A stretch of DNA of 64,000 nucleotides from Nitrososphaerota archaeon. Lineage in GTDB: Archaea > Thermoproteota > Nitrososphaeria_A > Caldarchaeales > Calditenuaceae. The stretch spans positions 1-64,000 of the forward strand of contig JAVQSZ010000002.1 in the NCBI GenBank assembly GCA_033581555.1. Direction: 5' to 3'. A program made the position numbers and the translations under genes. A model generated the notes under the pieces. It was not told the origin of the DNA. It saw only the letters and a program-made list of their open reading frames with translations, and made no database searches. This document shows positions 1 through 9,709 of the stretch, piece after piece (position 1 is the first letter of the stretch; each line of letters starts with the position of its first letter).

Positions 1-153
1 AAGGTGGAATCTCATTGCGAGGAGCGTAAGGTCATTCCCGAAGTTGCTGAGTGAAGGAGACCATGCGCCCTTGAAGGTACCACCGATCCTCCACTTTCGG
101 CTCACCCTCGCACCACCTCTTTTATCGGGGGCTCGACGAGGCATCACGGCGAG

Positions 154-1344
154 ATGGTCCGGGTCTTCAGGGACGAGGACAGGCTCTCCCCCGAGTACGT
201 CCCCTCAAGGCTCCCGCACAGGGAGGACGAGCTCGAGCACCTCCTCACCCTCTTCGGGTCCTTCATCGCGGGGAAGAGGACCGGCCAAGTCAGGGCCCTA
301 CTCACGGGTCCGACGGGCACGGGGAAGACCGCGCTCTCCAAGCTCTTCGGCTCCAAGGCCGAGGAGGTCGCGAGGAGGTCCGGGGCGCTCCTTAGGCACG
401 TCCACGTCAACTGCAGGCTCCACAGGACCCTCTTCTCGGTCCTCAGGAGGACGATCGAGTCCCTCGGGATAGGGCTCCCGACCAGGGGCCTGGCCAACGA
501 GGAGATCCTCCACAACTTGACCACCTACCTCGACAGGGAGGGGATGTCGCTGATCCTGACGCTCGACGAGGCTGACGTCCTGATCAGGGAGGAGCAGGAC
601 GCGGTCTACTACCTCGCGAGGATCGGTGAGGAGAGGTCCGAGGGCTCGAGGATCTCGCTGATACTGGTCCTAAGGGGTCTCGAGGGCCTGAACGTCTTCG
701 ACGCTGGCACGAGGACGATGTTCGTCACGAACGCGGTCCACCTCACCGAGTACACCTACGGCCAGCTCAGGGACATCGTCTCCTTCAGGGCATCGGAGGC
801 CTTCTACGAGGGCGTCGTGACCGATGAGGCCATCGAGGCGATCGTCGACCAGGCGGGGGAGAGGGGGGACGCGAGGTACGCGATCGAGCTGCTCTGGAGG
901 GCCGGGAAGTTCGCTGAGCGAGACGGGTCGCAGAGGGTCACCGCCGAGCACGTAAGGAGGGCCGCAGCGAGCATCTACCCCGCTATCAGGAGGGAGAGCC
1001 TCCACTACCTCTCGCTCCACGAGAAGCTCGTCCTCCTCGCGGTCGCGAGGTTCTTCCAGTCGAACGACTCGCCCTCGGTAACTGCCTCGCAGCTGAACAG
1101 GCTCTACGCGTTGGTCTGCGAGGAGAACGGCACGATGCCGAAGGCCTACACGAGGTTCTGGGAGATCCTCCAGAAGCTCGAGGACCAGGGCTTCATCAGG
1201 ATCAGGGTCCAGAGCGAGGGGATCAAGGGCAGGAGGAGCTACATCACGCTCCCGGAGGTCCCTGCCTCGATACTGAGCAGGGAGCTCGAGGCGATCCTGA
1301 GGAAGGGGAAGTCGCTCACCCACGGCGAGCGCGACGAGCCCTAG
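154..1344 (+). CDS. cdc6: Orc1/Cdc6 replication initiator (AAA+ ATPase with C-terminal winged helix)
   Basis: LSPEYVPSRLPHRE N-terminus, Walker A GPTGTGKT, VHVNC, Walker B LTLDEAD, GDARYAIELL; TATA-like TTTTAT ~30 nt upstream of the ATG. Confidence 0.95.
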   Translation: MVRVFRDEDRLSPEYVPSRLPHREDELEHLLTLFGSFIAGKRTGQVRALLTGPTGTGKTALSKLFGSKAEEVARRSGALLRHVHVNCRLHRTLFSVLRRTIESLGIGLPTRGLANEEILHNLTTYLDREGMSLILTLDEADVLIREEQDAVYYLARIGEERSEGSRISLILVLRGLEGLNVFDAGTRTMFVTNAVHLTEYTYGQLRDIVSFRASEAFYEGVVTDEAIEAIVDQAGERGDARYAIELLWRAGKFAERDGSQRVTAEHVRRAAASIYPAIRRESLHYLSLHEKLVLLAVARFFQSNDSPSVTASQLNRLYALVCEENGTMPKAYTRFWEILQKLEDQGFIRIRVQSEGIKGRRSYITLPEVPASILSRELEAILRKGKSLTHGERDEP

Positions 1345-2650
1345 CCGCTGCCCTGGCCCTCGGCCCCCGCTCCTCGGCCGCGGCCTCCTCTGGCCCTGCC
1401 TTCAGCGGCCTCAACCCCAGCTCCGGCGCCCTCGCGGCCAGCACCTCGACCTCCCTCTCGGTCAAGCCGAGGGCCTTCGCTATCCTCCCGTCTCCCGCCT
1501 TCAGCATCAGCCTCAGGTACGGGATGAACTCGGTCGCGGCCTTCGAGGTGGACATGTGCGTCCTCTGAGCGACCTTCGCGAGGACCGACCTGATCGCCTC
1601 CCTCTCGGCCCTCGTCTGCTGGAGGAACCTGATCCTCGAGGGGAACTCGAGCCTTCCTCCCTTCTCACCCGTCGAGGCCTTCACGACGCCCGGCCCTGCG
1701 GAGAGCAGAACCGTGCCGTACTTCATCAGCTCCCACCTCTGGAACCTCGAAGCCCTCCTCAGGTGAAGGTCCGCGTCCGCGAGGACCCTGTAGGCCTCCT
1801 CGAGTGCCCTCGGGTCCCTGATCTGGGTCTGGACGTTGTCGAAGACCCAGGTCAGCGCCGTCTCCGGGTCGAGGTCCGTGTTCGCGAGGACTCCGCGGCC
1901 GTCCGCGAGCCTCTTCGCGCCGAAGACCCTCGCCATCAGCTCGAAGGCATTCAACTCCACGTCCCTCGACTGCATCGCCTCCAGAGCCCTCAGGCCTCCC
2001 CCGAGCATCGCCGTGGCCTGGAGGTCGTTGATCGCGGCCCTCATGTCGCCCCTCGCCCTCTCCGCTATCGCCTCGATCAGCCCGTCGTCGACCCCCAGCC
2101 CCTCCCTCCTCGCGATCTCCCTCAACCTCTCCGCGATCTCCTTCGGCCTCAGCCTCCCGAACTCGATGAGGAGGCACCTCTCCCTGAGGGGCGCGACGTT
2201 GGGCTCCCAGACGTCGTTCGCGGTCAGGACCATCGGGACCGAGGTCCTCTGGATCAGCGACCTGAGCACCTCCGCCGTCCCCGACTCGGCCGAGAGGACC
2301 GCGCCCTCGACCTCGTCGACGAGGACCATCCGCCTCCTCCCGAAGACGGTCGTGGAGGAGATCGCGTGCCCCAGTACCTCCTCGAGGGACTCGGGAGTCC
2401 TCCTGTCGCTCGCGTTCACCTGGACGAGGTCGTAGCCGTGCTCCTCCGCGTAAGCCAAGACCAGCGACGTCTTCCCGGTCCCCGGAGGCCCGTGGAGGAG
2501 GGCCGCCTTCCTCTCCGGCACGCGCCCCGACTCCCAAGCCCTCATCCACCTCACGAACTCCTCGACGGCCTCTTTGTTCCCCACGATCTCCGAGACCCTC
2601 CTAGGCCTGTACTTCTCGGCCCAGGGCAGCTGCCTCACCGGTCCTGTCAT
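1316..2650 (-). CDS. rfcL: Replication factor C large subunit
   Basis: LPWAEKYRP, GPPGTGKT, VNASDRR, LVDEVE, GDMRAAINDLQ motifs. Confidence 0.95.
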   Translation of the reverse strand: MTGPVRQLPWAEKYRPRRVSEIVGNKEAVEEFVRWMRAWESGRVPERKAALLHGPPGTGKTSLVLAYAEEHGYDLVQVNASDRRTPESLEEVLGHAISSTTVFGRRRMVLVDEVEGAVLSAESGTAEVLRSLIQRTSVPMVLTANDVWEPNVAPLRERCLLIEFGRLRPKEIAERLREIARREGLGVDDGLIEAIAERARGDMRAAINDLQATAMLGGGLRALEAMQSRDVELNAFELMARVFGAKRLADGRGVLANTDLDPETALTWVFDNVQTQIRDPRALEEAYRVLADADLHLRRASRFQRWELMKYGTVLLSAGPGVVKASTGEKGGRLEFPSRIRFLQQTRAEREAIRSVLAKVAQRTHMSTSKAATEFIPYLRLMLKAGDGRIAKALGLTEREVEVLAARAPELGLRPLKAGPEEAAAEERGPRARAAARARRARRG

Positions 2651-2750
2651 CCGGGACTCATCCTGCTGAGCCGGACTTAGGGATTGCCCCCCGTCGAGAC
2701 CAACCGGAACTCCATAAAAAGCACGGTGGACTGGGACCCTGGAGGGAGGC

Positions 2751-3086
2751 TCAGGGCTCGAACCTGACGGCGCTGACGGCCTCGCTGATCAGCTTAGCCC
2801 TCTCGGAGACGATCTCCTGCGCGAGCCTGCAGAGCTGGAGGACCCGCAGGTCCGCGATCGAGTAGTAGCTCATGTTGCCCGTCCTCGTCACGCCTACTAT
2901 GCCGAGCCCCCTGAGGACCTGGAGGTGCTGGGAGGTGGCTGACTGAGAGAGCCCCACGGCCCTCGCGAGCTCGGTCACGGCCCTCGGACCCTCCCTCAGG
3001 ACCGAGAGGATCCTCAGCCTCTTGGGGTGCGAGAGCGCCGCTAGGAACTCCGCGACCTGGTCACAGGACCCCTCAGGCCCCGCCAA
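2751..3086 (-). CDS. ArsR/SmtB-family transcriptional regulator
   Basis: ALSHPKRLRIL ... SQSATSQHLQVL winged HTH; last gene of the sulfur operon. Confidence 0.9.
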   Translation of the reverse strand: MAGPEGSCDQVAEFLAALSHPKRLRILSVLREGPRAVTELARAVGLSQSATSQHLQVLRGLGIVGVTRTGNMSYYSIADLRVLQLCRLAQEIVSERAKLISEAVSAVRFEP

Positions 3087-4278
3087 CCCCCTTCACCTTG
3101 TAGGGCTTCCCGAGGTAGAGGTCGAAGACCGGGTCCACCCTCCCTCTCAGCATCTCCCAATAGACCGCGGGGAAGGCCCTCTTCATCAGGTACTTCATGA
3201 GCGAGGGCCTCTGGCGCGACGGTGGCCTCTCGTAGGTCGCGGCGACGAAGACCGCCCTACTCCCTCCCAGCTCGAGAGGGCAGTTGATCCTCCCCGTGTA
3301 ACAGTAGACCTTCCCGGTCCCGAGGTAGTCGGCCGCGATGTTCTCCGCTGCGACTATCGCCTCGAGGTGAGCGACCACGCCAGACTTCGAGATAGGAATG
3401 TTCGTCGCGTCACCGACCACGTAGACGTCGTCGAACTTCGGGTGCCTCAGCGTCTCCTTGTCCGCGGCCACCCAGCCCTCCTCGTCCCCGATCTCGGACT
3501 TGAAGACGACGTCAGCCCCCCTGTGAGGCGGAACGGTGATCAGCAGGTCGAACCCGATCTCCTCACCCTCCAGCGAGTAGACCTTCCTCTCCTTCGGGTC
3601 GACGTAGTCGGTGTTGAACATCGTGTAAAGCCTGATCCCCCTCTCCTCCATCAGCGGCTCGACGACCTCGGCTATCGCGGCCGCGGGGTATGCCCTCGCG
3701 TAGGGCGTCGCGAAGAGCACCTCGACCCTCTCCCTGATCCCCCTCTTCCTCATCAGTTCCTCAACGAGGAAGGCCGCCTCGACCGGAGAGGGCGGGCACT
3801 TGTGAGGTATGTTCGTCAGGACCAGTACCCTGCCCCCGTTGAAGCGCTGGAGCGCCTCCCACGTCCTCCTCGCGTCCTCCTGACCCGTGTGGAAGTTATA
3901 GGAAGTCTCCTTCAGCCCTGAGATCGCGTCGGGCCTCGCGACCGAACCGGTAGCAATGACCAGGTAGTCGTAGTTCAGCCTCTCCGAGTCGACGTAGACC
4001 GCCCTCTCCTCGAGGTTGACCCGCTCGACGGCCCTCTCGTGGAGCAGGACCCTCCTGTCCAGTAAGTTCCTCTCGGGCCTCCTGAAGGAACTCGGCTCAG
4101 CGCCCCTGAACGCGATGTCGATGTTCCCCGGCGAGAAGACGTGCTCCGACGAGTCCGCGAAGAGGTGGACCTCGACCCTCCCGGAGGAGACCTCGCTCCT
4201 CAGTAGAGAGACCGCCTTGTTCGCCAACAGCGTCCCGCCGGTCCCTCCTCCCACGACCGCGATCCTCTTCGGCGTCAT
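3073..4278 (-). CDS. sqr: Sulfide:quinone oxidoreductase-like FAD-dependent oxidoreductase
   Basis: VVGGGTGG FAD motif, YDYLVIATG, HKCPPSPVE and GRINCPLE Cys motifs, VGDAT; start moved to ATG 4278, which overlaps the tusA stop. Confidence 0.85.
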   Translation of the reverse strand: MTPKRIAVVGGGTGGTLLANKAVSLLRSEVSSGRVEVHLFADSSEHVFSPGNIDIAFRGAEPSSFRRPERNLLDRRVLLHERAVERVNLEERAVYVDSERLNYDYLVIATGSVARPDAISGLKETSYNFHTGQEDARRTWEALQRFNGGRVLVLTNIPHKCPPSPVEAAFLVEELMRKRGIRERVEVLFATPYARAYPAAAIAEVVEPLMEERGIRLYTMFNTDYVDPKERKVYSLEGEEIGFDLLITVPPHRGADVVFKSEIGDEEGWVAADKETLRHPKFDDVYVVGDATNIPISKSGVVAHLEAIVAAENIAADYLGTGKVYCYTGRINCPLELGGSRAVFVAATYERPPSRQRPSLMKYLMKRAFPAVYWEMLRGRVDPVFDLYLGKPYKVKGVGGA

Positions 4279-4508
4279 CTCCCCTTCCTCACCACCTTGA
4301 CGACTATCCTGAAGTAACCCTGCTCGTCCTTGATCTCGAGGACCTCGTTCCCGCTCTTCTTGGCCCACGCGGAGACGTCGCTCTTGGCACCCGGGTCCGT
4401 CGCGAGGAGCTCAATCTCGTCGCCCGCTTCCGCCGACTTGTAGGCCTTGATCAGCTCGGTCAGCGGCCCCGGGCAGAAGCTCCCCCTCGCGTCCACGACC
4501 CTCCTCAA
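4275..4508 (-). CDS. tusA: TusA/SirA-family sulfur carrier
   Basis: VDARGSFCPGP motif and LATDPGAKSDV. Confidence 0.92.
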   Translation of the reverse strand: MRRVVDARGSFCPGPLTELIKAYKSAEAGDEIELLATDPGAKSDVSAWAKKSGNEVLEIKDEQGYFRIVVKVVRKGR

Positions 4509-5008
4509 ATGAAGATCACCTGACCTCCCTCGGAGAGCTGGAGGAACGTCGCGGCCCCGACCACATCGTCGACCTCGGGTATCAGGTCACTCTCCTTCAG
4601 ACCCAAGACCGCCATCGTCGTCGAGCACGCGTGTATCTTCACGCCCATCTCCTTCGCCTGCTTGATCAGCTGGTAGAGGTCCGGGACGTTGTGCTTCGCC
4701 ATCCTCTTCCTCATCATCTTGGTCGCGAGGGCCGTCATCCCGGGCAGGACCGCGAGGACGTTCGGCATCCCGAGCGAGGTGTTCCCGACCGGTGAGAGCT
4801 TCAGCGAGTTGACCCTGTCCTTCCTGATCGCGTCGAAGCCCCAGAACGTCACGAAGACGTGGACTTCCATCCCCATCGCCGCGGCCGCCTGCGCTATGAT
4901 GAACGCGGGGTACGCCATGTCGAGGCTCCCCTTCGAGAGGATGATCGAGATCTTGCCTGCGCCCCTCTCTGCCTCCCTCTCGACTCCCGAAACCCGAACT
5001 GTTCCCAT
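4505..5008 (-). CDS. DsrE/DsrF/DrsH-like (DsrE2-type) sulfurtransferase
   Basis: LDMAYPAFI, FVTFWG, IHACSTTM, VGAATFL; ATG at 5008 follows SD GAGGTGA (5014-5020, minus strand). Confidence 0.88.
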   Translation of the reverse strand: MGTVRVSGVEREAERGAGKISIILSKGSLDMAYPAFIIAQAAAAMGMEVHVFVTFWGFDAIRKDRVNSLKLSPVGNTSLGMPNVLAVLPGMTALATKMMRKRMAKHNVPDLYQLIKQAKEMGVKIHACSTTMAVLGLKESDLIPEVDDVVGAATFLQLSEGGQVIFI

Positions 5009-5042
5009 GCCGGTCACCTCAGCAGTAGAATGTCTGAATTTT

Positions 5043-5210
5043 CTAATAAACCGGAACGCGTGAATGTACCCGTATTCATTTTGCATAAAGTTGTATACAA
5101 ACTCATACATCGTGTGACGTCCCAGGTCTAAGCTCCGGGTCGCGATGGACCTTCCGGCTCAAGATCGCGGAACGAGATGGCACCGGAAGCCTCTGAAACG
5201 GGAATTTCAG
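5043..5210. promoter_or_regulatory. AT-rich promoter/operator region of the dsrE-tusA-sqr-arsR operon
   Basis: Minus-strand TATA TTTATTAG 5043-5050; inverted repeats TGAAT-N8-ATTCA 5061-5078, TTGTATACAA 5091-5100 and CTGAAA-N6-TTTCAG 5193-5210. Confidence 0.55.
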
Positions 5211-5274
5211 TACAAGCTTTTTTGTTGAATTATGGTTCGACTACGATATTCATGCGCCCTCTACAGCAACTAGG

Positions 5275-5389
5275 TGCGGGGGGTGGGATTCGAACCCACG
5301 AACCCCTTCCGTCTGGCCGAGCCTACGGGGAGCGGGTCACCCATCCCTGATCTTAAGCCCGCCGCCTTTGTCCGCTTGGCTACCCCCGC
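5275..5389 (-). tRNA. tRNA-Leu(TAA) with two introns (5338-5351 at 37/38; 5307-5322 in the variable arm)
   Basis: GCGGGGG/CCCCCGC acceptor stem, GCGGG/CCCGC anticodon stem, GTTCGAATC T-loop; removing 14+16 nt BHB-flanked introns leaves an 85-nt class II tRNA. Confidence 0.9.
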
Positions 5390-5485
5390 ACCGAGTCTAG
5401 AGGTCCCGCGTCGGCTTAAAACTTGTGTGGGACCTAGGTGGTCGGTCAGGAAGCGCTTTAATGAGGCGCGGCAGAACGCTGGGGC

Positions 5486-6577
5486 ATGAGGTACAGGGAA
5501 CGGGTCGAGAGGCTGATGACGCTGATGAGGCTCCACGGCATCGACAACTTCTTGGTGACGGGGAGGTCGAACCTCCTCTACTTCACTGGGATCGATGGCC
5601 CCGGGGCCCTGTTGGTCTCCACCAAGAGGAGCCCGACCCTCTTCGTCCCACCGCTCTCTAAGATCGCCGCCGAGACCTACGCCCCGGATTTCCTAGAGGT
5701 GGTGGCCACCAAGATCGACGAGCGGTTCAACGTCGTGGTGGCTGAGAACGTGGGGAGCGTCGGTGGCGCGACGGCGGTCGACGAGATGCCCCTCGACGAC
5801 TACAGGTTCCTCTCGGGGCTCTTGGCTCAGGCCGAGCTGAGGCCCGGGATGAGCGTCGTCTGGGAGCTGAGGGAGATCAAGGACGAGGACGAGATCGCCG
5901 CGATAAGGAGGGCCTGCGAGATCGCCGACAGGGCCATGAGGGCCGCCTTCGAGATCCTCTACCCTGGGATAACCGAGAACGATGTGAAGGCCGAGATCGC
6001 GGCCGAGGTCTACAGGTCGGGTGGCGAGAGGCTGGCCTTCGACGTGATCGTCGCATCGGGCCCGAGGTCGGCGCTCCCGCACGGCCCGCTCCAGAGGTCA
6101 GGCGAGCACGATAGGGCGCTGAGGGAGGGTGACGCGGTCGTGATAGACCTGGGAGCGGTCGTGGAGGGCTACCACTCCGACGTCACGAGGACCTTCTTCA
6201 TCGGCAGGCCCGACTCCCAGTTCACCTCCGCTTACGAGGCGGTGGTCGCCGCGAAGGAGGCCGCGGAGCAGTACATCAAGCCCGACACGCTCTGTGGCTA
6301 CCCGGACGCGGTCGCGAGGAACAAGCTCGCGGAGCGCGCGCTCTCGGAGCACTTCGCCCACAGCCTCGGGCACGGACTCGGACTCGACATCCACGAGCCT
6401 CCAAGGATGTCCCCCACGAGCTCGGAGAAGCTGGCAGCCAACATGGTGGTCACCTGCGAGCCCGGCGTCTACATCAAGGGCCGATGGGGGATACGGATCG
6501 AGGACACGCTGCTGGTCACCGAGAGGGGACCCGAGAGGCTGACGAGGTTCGAATACTCTGAGTACGCGGTCTCTTAA
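5486..6577 (+). CDS. Xaa-Pro aminopeptidase/prolidase (M24B)
   Basis: IDLGA..EGYHSDVTRT, HSLGHGLGLDIHE, TCEPGVY, GIRIEDT. Confidence 0.93.
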   Translation: MRYRERVERLMTLMRLHGIDNFLVTGRSNLLYFTGIDGPGALLVSTKRSPTLFVPPLSKIAAETYAPDFLEVVATKIDERFNVVVAENVGSVGGATAVDEMPLDDYRFLSGLLAQAELRPGMSVVWELREIKDEDEIAAIRRACEIADRAMRAAFEILYPGITENDVKAEIAAEVYRSGGERLAFDVIVASGPRSALPHGPLQRSGEHDRALREGDAVVIDLGAVVEGYHSDVTRTFFIGRPDSQFTSAYEAVVAAKEAAEQYIKPDTLCGYPDAVARNKLAERALSEHFAHSLGHGLGLDIHEPPRMSPTSSEKLAANMVVTCEPGVYIKGRWGIRIEDTLLVTERGPERLTRFEYSEYAVS

Positions 6578-7359
6578 GCACCGAACCTCCTGCTCCTGGC
6601 CTGGTAGGTCCTGATCGCCCTCAAGAGGTCTATTCTCCTGAACTCCGGCCAGTAGACGTCGAGGAAGACCAGCTCACTGTACGCGATCTGCCAGAGGAGA
6701 AAGTTGCTGATCCTCTCCTCGCCCGAGGTCCTGATCACGAGGTCGGGTTCCGGGAAAGGCAGCTCTCCGGTGTAGAGGTACCTGCCGAAGACCTCCTCGC
6801 TGACGTCGTCCGGCGACAGCTCTCCGCTCCTCACGTCCTGGGCGACTCTCCTCACGGCCTGGATGATCTCGTCCCTCCCACCGTAGGCGACCGCGAGAAT
6901 CAGGAATCGCTCGGAGTTGTGGGCCGTCTCGCGCTCGAGCCGCTCGAGGGCCCTCCCGACCTCTTCCGGGAGCACCCACCTCCTCCCTATCACCTTCACC
7001 CTAACGCGCTTCGACCTCACCTCATCGTCTCGGAGGAAGCGCTCGGTAGACTCGACGAGAATTTTGTATACGGTCTCGACCTCCTCCTTCGGCCGCCTAG
7101 CGATGTTCTCGAGGGAGAGGACGTAGAGCGTGACCGTGTTCACTCCCAGGTCGAGGCACCACCTCAGCAGGTCCTCGACCCTCCGAGCGCCGGCCCTGTA
7201 GCCCTCCTCGACGGAGAGGCCGTTCAGCCTCGCCCACCTCCTGTTACCGTCGAGGATGACCGCGATGTGCTTAGGGATCTCGCCCCGCTTCACGCTCCTG
7301 TGGAGGAGGGCCTCGTAAAGCGCGTACGCGCCCAGGGCCTTAAGCAGGAGTCGCATCAC
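6574..7359 (-). CDS. uppS: cis-prenyltransferase (polyprenyl diphosphate synthase)
   Basis: PKHIAVILDGNRRWA, YGGRDEI, IRTSGEERISNFLLWQ. Confidence 0.95.
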   Translation of the reverse strand: MMRLLLKALGAYALYEALLHRSVKRGEIPKHIAVILDGNRRWARLNGLSVEEGYRAGARRVEDLLRWCLDLGVNTVTLYVLSLENIARRPKEEVETVYKILVESTERFLRDDEVRSKRVRVKVIGRRWVLPEEVGRALERLERETAHNSERFLILAVAYGGRDEIIQAVRRVAQDVRSGELSPDDVSEEVFGRYLYTGELPFPEPDLVIRTSGEERISNFLLWQIAYSELVFLDVYWPEFRRIDLLRAIRTYQARSRRFGA

Positions 7360-8534
7360 CCGGCCTCACCCTCGCCCGCGGCCCGCCCCCTCCTGAGGAA
7401 CCCGAGACCTACAGCGGAGAGGAGGATGTACATCGTCGCGAGCGAGGCGATCCCCATGATCACGATTAGGATCATCTGGGTGATGTAAATCTCCTCGCCC
7501 CTGACCAGATAGCTCCCCAGGGCCCTGAGGAGCGCCCAGAGGAAGACCAGGAAGACCAGTGCGGTCGCAGACCTCACGACCCTCACGCTCCTGAGGTAGA
7601 TCTGGTAGAAGAGGTCGTATAGGAGCGAGATCGTTGCGGAGATCACCAGCAGGTCGACTGAGCTGAGGAGCATCACGCCGGCCAGCAGCGGCATCCTCTG
7701 GGCCCAGAAGACCGGGTCTTGGGCTCCGGCGGAGGGCGGGGGGAAGTTCTGGGCTATGTAAGCAGTGACGCTGTTGATCCCTGCGACCAGCGCGACGACG
7801 ATCAGGATTGCGGAGGAGATGCCTACGTAGACCCTGACTTGGTAAAGCGCCGGCCTCGCCGGGACCGTCTGGAGCTTCCTGAAGAACGACGCGACCGCCG
7901 TGTCTATCCCGAAGCCCCTTACCGCGAGGGCGATTCCTATGAGGATGAGGAACGTCGCGGGTGTGAGGAGGTTGTAGTAGAAGAGGACTCCTATCGCGAG
8001 CAGGAAGGTCCCCGGAATCCCCAACATCACCCTCGCGTACTCGGACTCGAAGAGCGCTGTCCTGAAATACTTCCCCAACAGGATCCACGTGGTCTCTATC
8101 GATGGGTTCTGCTTGACCACTAACTTCCTCACCGAGGTCACCTTGACCCTCGAGGTGATTATCGCGCTCACCGACTCGGAGAGGGGGCCGTCGGTGACGA
8201 CGATGCTCTCGTCGGCCGGGAACTCCGCGATCACCCGCTCGATCTCCTGGGAGAGCTTCCTGTCGGACTCGAGGCCACCGCCGGGCTTGCCGGAGACCGT
8301 CGCGATCTCAACGACGCTGTCGCCCTTCCTCGAGAGCTCGTCGTAGAGCTTGACCGCCGCGAACATCGCGTTCGCGTCCGCCTCCTCGGGGTCCGCGAGG
8401 AGGAGGTCCTTGGCCGCGAGGAAGTTCCTGTCCCTCCCAGTGATCGGGGTCTCCCATCCGGTCTTCCGACCGACGTCGTCGTCCTCGTCAACAACCAGTA
8501 TCAGCACCCTCCTCGCGGCCCCCTCCTCGGCCAT
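7356..8534 (-). CDS. DUF373-family membrane protein
   Basis: LVVDEDDDVG..P.EADAN..F N-terminal domain plus several TM helices; typical neighbour of archaeal uppS. Confidence 0.8.
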   Translation of the reverse strand: MAEEGAARRVLILVVDEDDDVGRKTGWETPITGRDRNFLAAKDLLLADPEEADANAMFAAVKLYDELSRKGDSVVEIATVSGKPGGGLESDRKLSQEIERVIAEFPADESIVVTDGPLSESVSAIITSRVKVTSVRKLVVKQNPSIETTWILLGKYFRTALFESEYARVMLGIPGTFLLAIGVLFYYNLLTPATFLILIGIALAVRGFGIDTAVASFFRKLQTVPARPALYQVRVYVGISSAILIVVALVAGINSVTAYIAQNFPPPSAGAQDPVFWAQRMPLLAGVMLLSSVDLLVISATISLLYDLFYQIYLRSVRVVRSATALVFLVFLWALLRALGSYLVRGEEIYITQMILIVIMGIASLATMYILLSAVGLGFLRRGRAAGEGEAG

Positions 8535-8594
8535 CCGGGAGTATGGGCATCGCTTGCCCTATTATAATTGAGTTCGGAGGGAGGGGAGACGGGA

Positions 8595-9230
8595 TCAGAG
8601 CCGAAATACCCGAAGTACAAGGAGAACCCCCATCGCCAGGAGGATTAAGTTCAGCGCGACCTCCGCGTACTTCAGGGCCCTCGAGCCCAGGACCCTCAGT
8701 CCCCGCTCGGAGGCGAAGGAGATCAGGGTCAGCCAGGCGTAGTCCATCCAGATGTGGGATGCGTACATCAGCACGACCCCGGGGATGGAGGCGAGGGCGA
8801 GGGCCTCCGAGATGAGCGCCGCGCCGACGGTGAGCCACCACGTCAGGAAGAACGGATTCAGGCCGGTGAAGAGGAGCCCCGCGATCAGCGGCCCGCCCCT
8901 AAAGCTACCAGCTTCACTGTTCCGGTCGACTTGACCCCGCGATCTTAGAGACTGCGCGAGACCGAGGGCGCCGAAGGCGATGACCGCCAAACCGCCGAGC
9001 GCGCCGATTATCATTTGGGCACTGCGGTCGTGCAGGACGCCGGCGAGGCCCGTCGCTATCAGCATCACCAGCGGGAACTCGACGATCATGTGCCCCGTGG
9101 AGACCAAGGGACCCGCGACCCTACCGAACCTCGCGCTCGAGGCGATGGTGGCGACCGTCAGCGGGCCCGGAGAGAGGACGCCGCTCGCTGAGACCACGAC
9201 GACCATCGGGATCAACGTCTCCCATCCCAT
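8595..9230 (-). CDS. LysE-family translocator
   Basis: SGVLSPGP, GH..VE, NPFFLTWW; hydrophobic. Confidence 0.88.
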   Translation of the reverse strand: MGWETLIPMVVVVSASGVLSPGPLTVATIASSARFGRVAGPLVSTGHMIVEFPLVMLIATGLAGVLHDRSAQMIIGALGGLAVIAFGALGLAQSLRSRGQVDRNSEAGSFRGGPLIAGLLFTGLNPFFLTWWLTVGAALISEALALASIPGVVLMYASHIWMDYAWLTLISFASERGLRVLGSRALKYAEVALNLILLAMGVLLVLRVFRL

Positions 9231-9325
9231 CGGGCGGGCGGAGGTCGGGATCCTCTGATAACGGTTTCCCGGCCGGCCCGGACGGGTGAAGGCTTTTTGG
9301 ACGCGGAGGCGGAGTCGGTTGGGCG

Positions 9326-9700
9326 ATGGACCGGCTCGGCGGGGACGAGCGGGTGAAGAGGCTGGCCGCGGCGCTCAAGTCGGGGGCGAAGCTGAGGACC
9401 GAGAGCTGTCCTGAGTGCGGGAGCCCGCTGGTTGAGGTGAAGGGCGAGGTCATGTGCGCGGTCTGCGAGAAGCCGGTTGTGATCGTCAGGGACGAGACCG
9501 AGGCCGGACGGGCGGTCTACCCGTACGTCCTGAGCGCGCTGGAGGAGGTCGCGGTCGCGAAGATCGACGAGCTGACGAGGATCCTCGCGAGGACGGGCGA
9601 CCCCGACGAGATCGAGAGGCTCGCCGAGGCGATAGACGCCCTTATCACGGTCCTGAGAAAGGGAATGGAGCTTCAGGAGTCCCTGAAGAGGAAAGAGTAG
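9326..9700 (+). CDS. UPF0148/autoantigen p27 (SSSCA1-like) zinc-ribbon protein
   Basis: LKSGAKL..SCPECGSPL...GEVMCAVC. Confidence 0.82.
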   Translation: MDRLGGDERVKRLAAALKSGAKLRTESCPECGSPLVEVKGEVMCAVCEKPVVIVRDETEAGRAVYPYVLSALEEVAVAKIDELTRILARTGDPDEIERLAEAIDALITVLRKGMELQESLKRKE

Positions 9701-9709
9701 CGGCCCGGG

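Noticed and set aside
1-153. Replication origin next to cdc6
   Set aside because: No ORB-like TTCCAGTGGAAA/G-string repeats or AT-rich unwinding element are visible. An origin could lie outside the window.
5270-5536. ORFs overlapping tRNA-Leu (and the ALDH ORF extension over tRNA-Glu, 60361-60510)
   Set aside because: They are translations of tRNA sequence.
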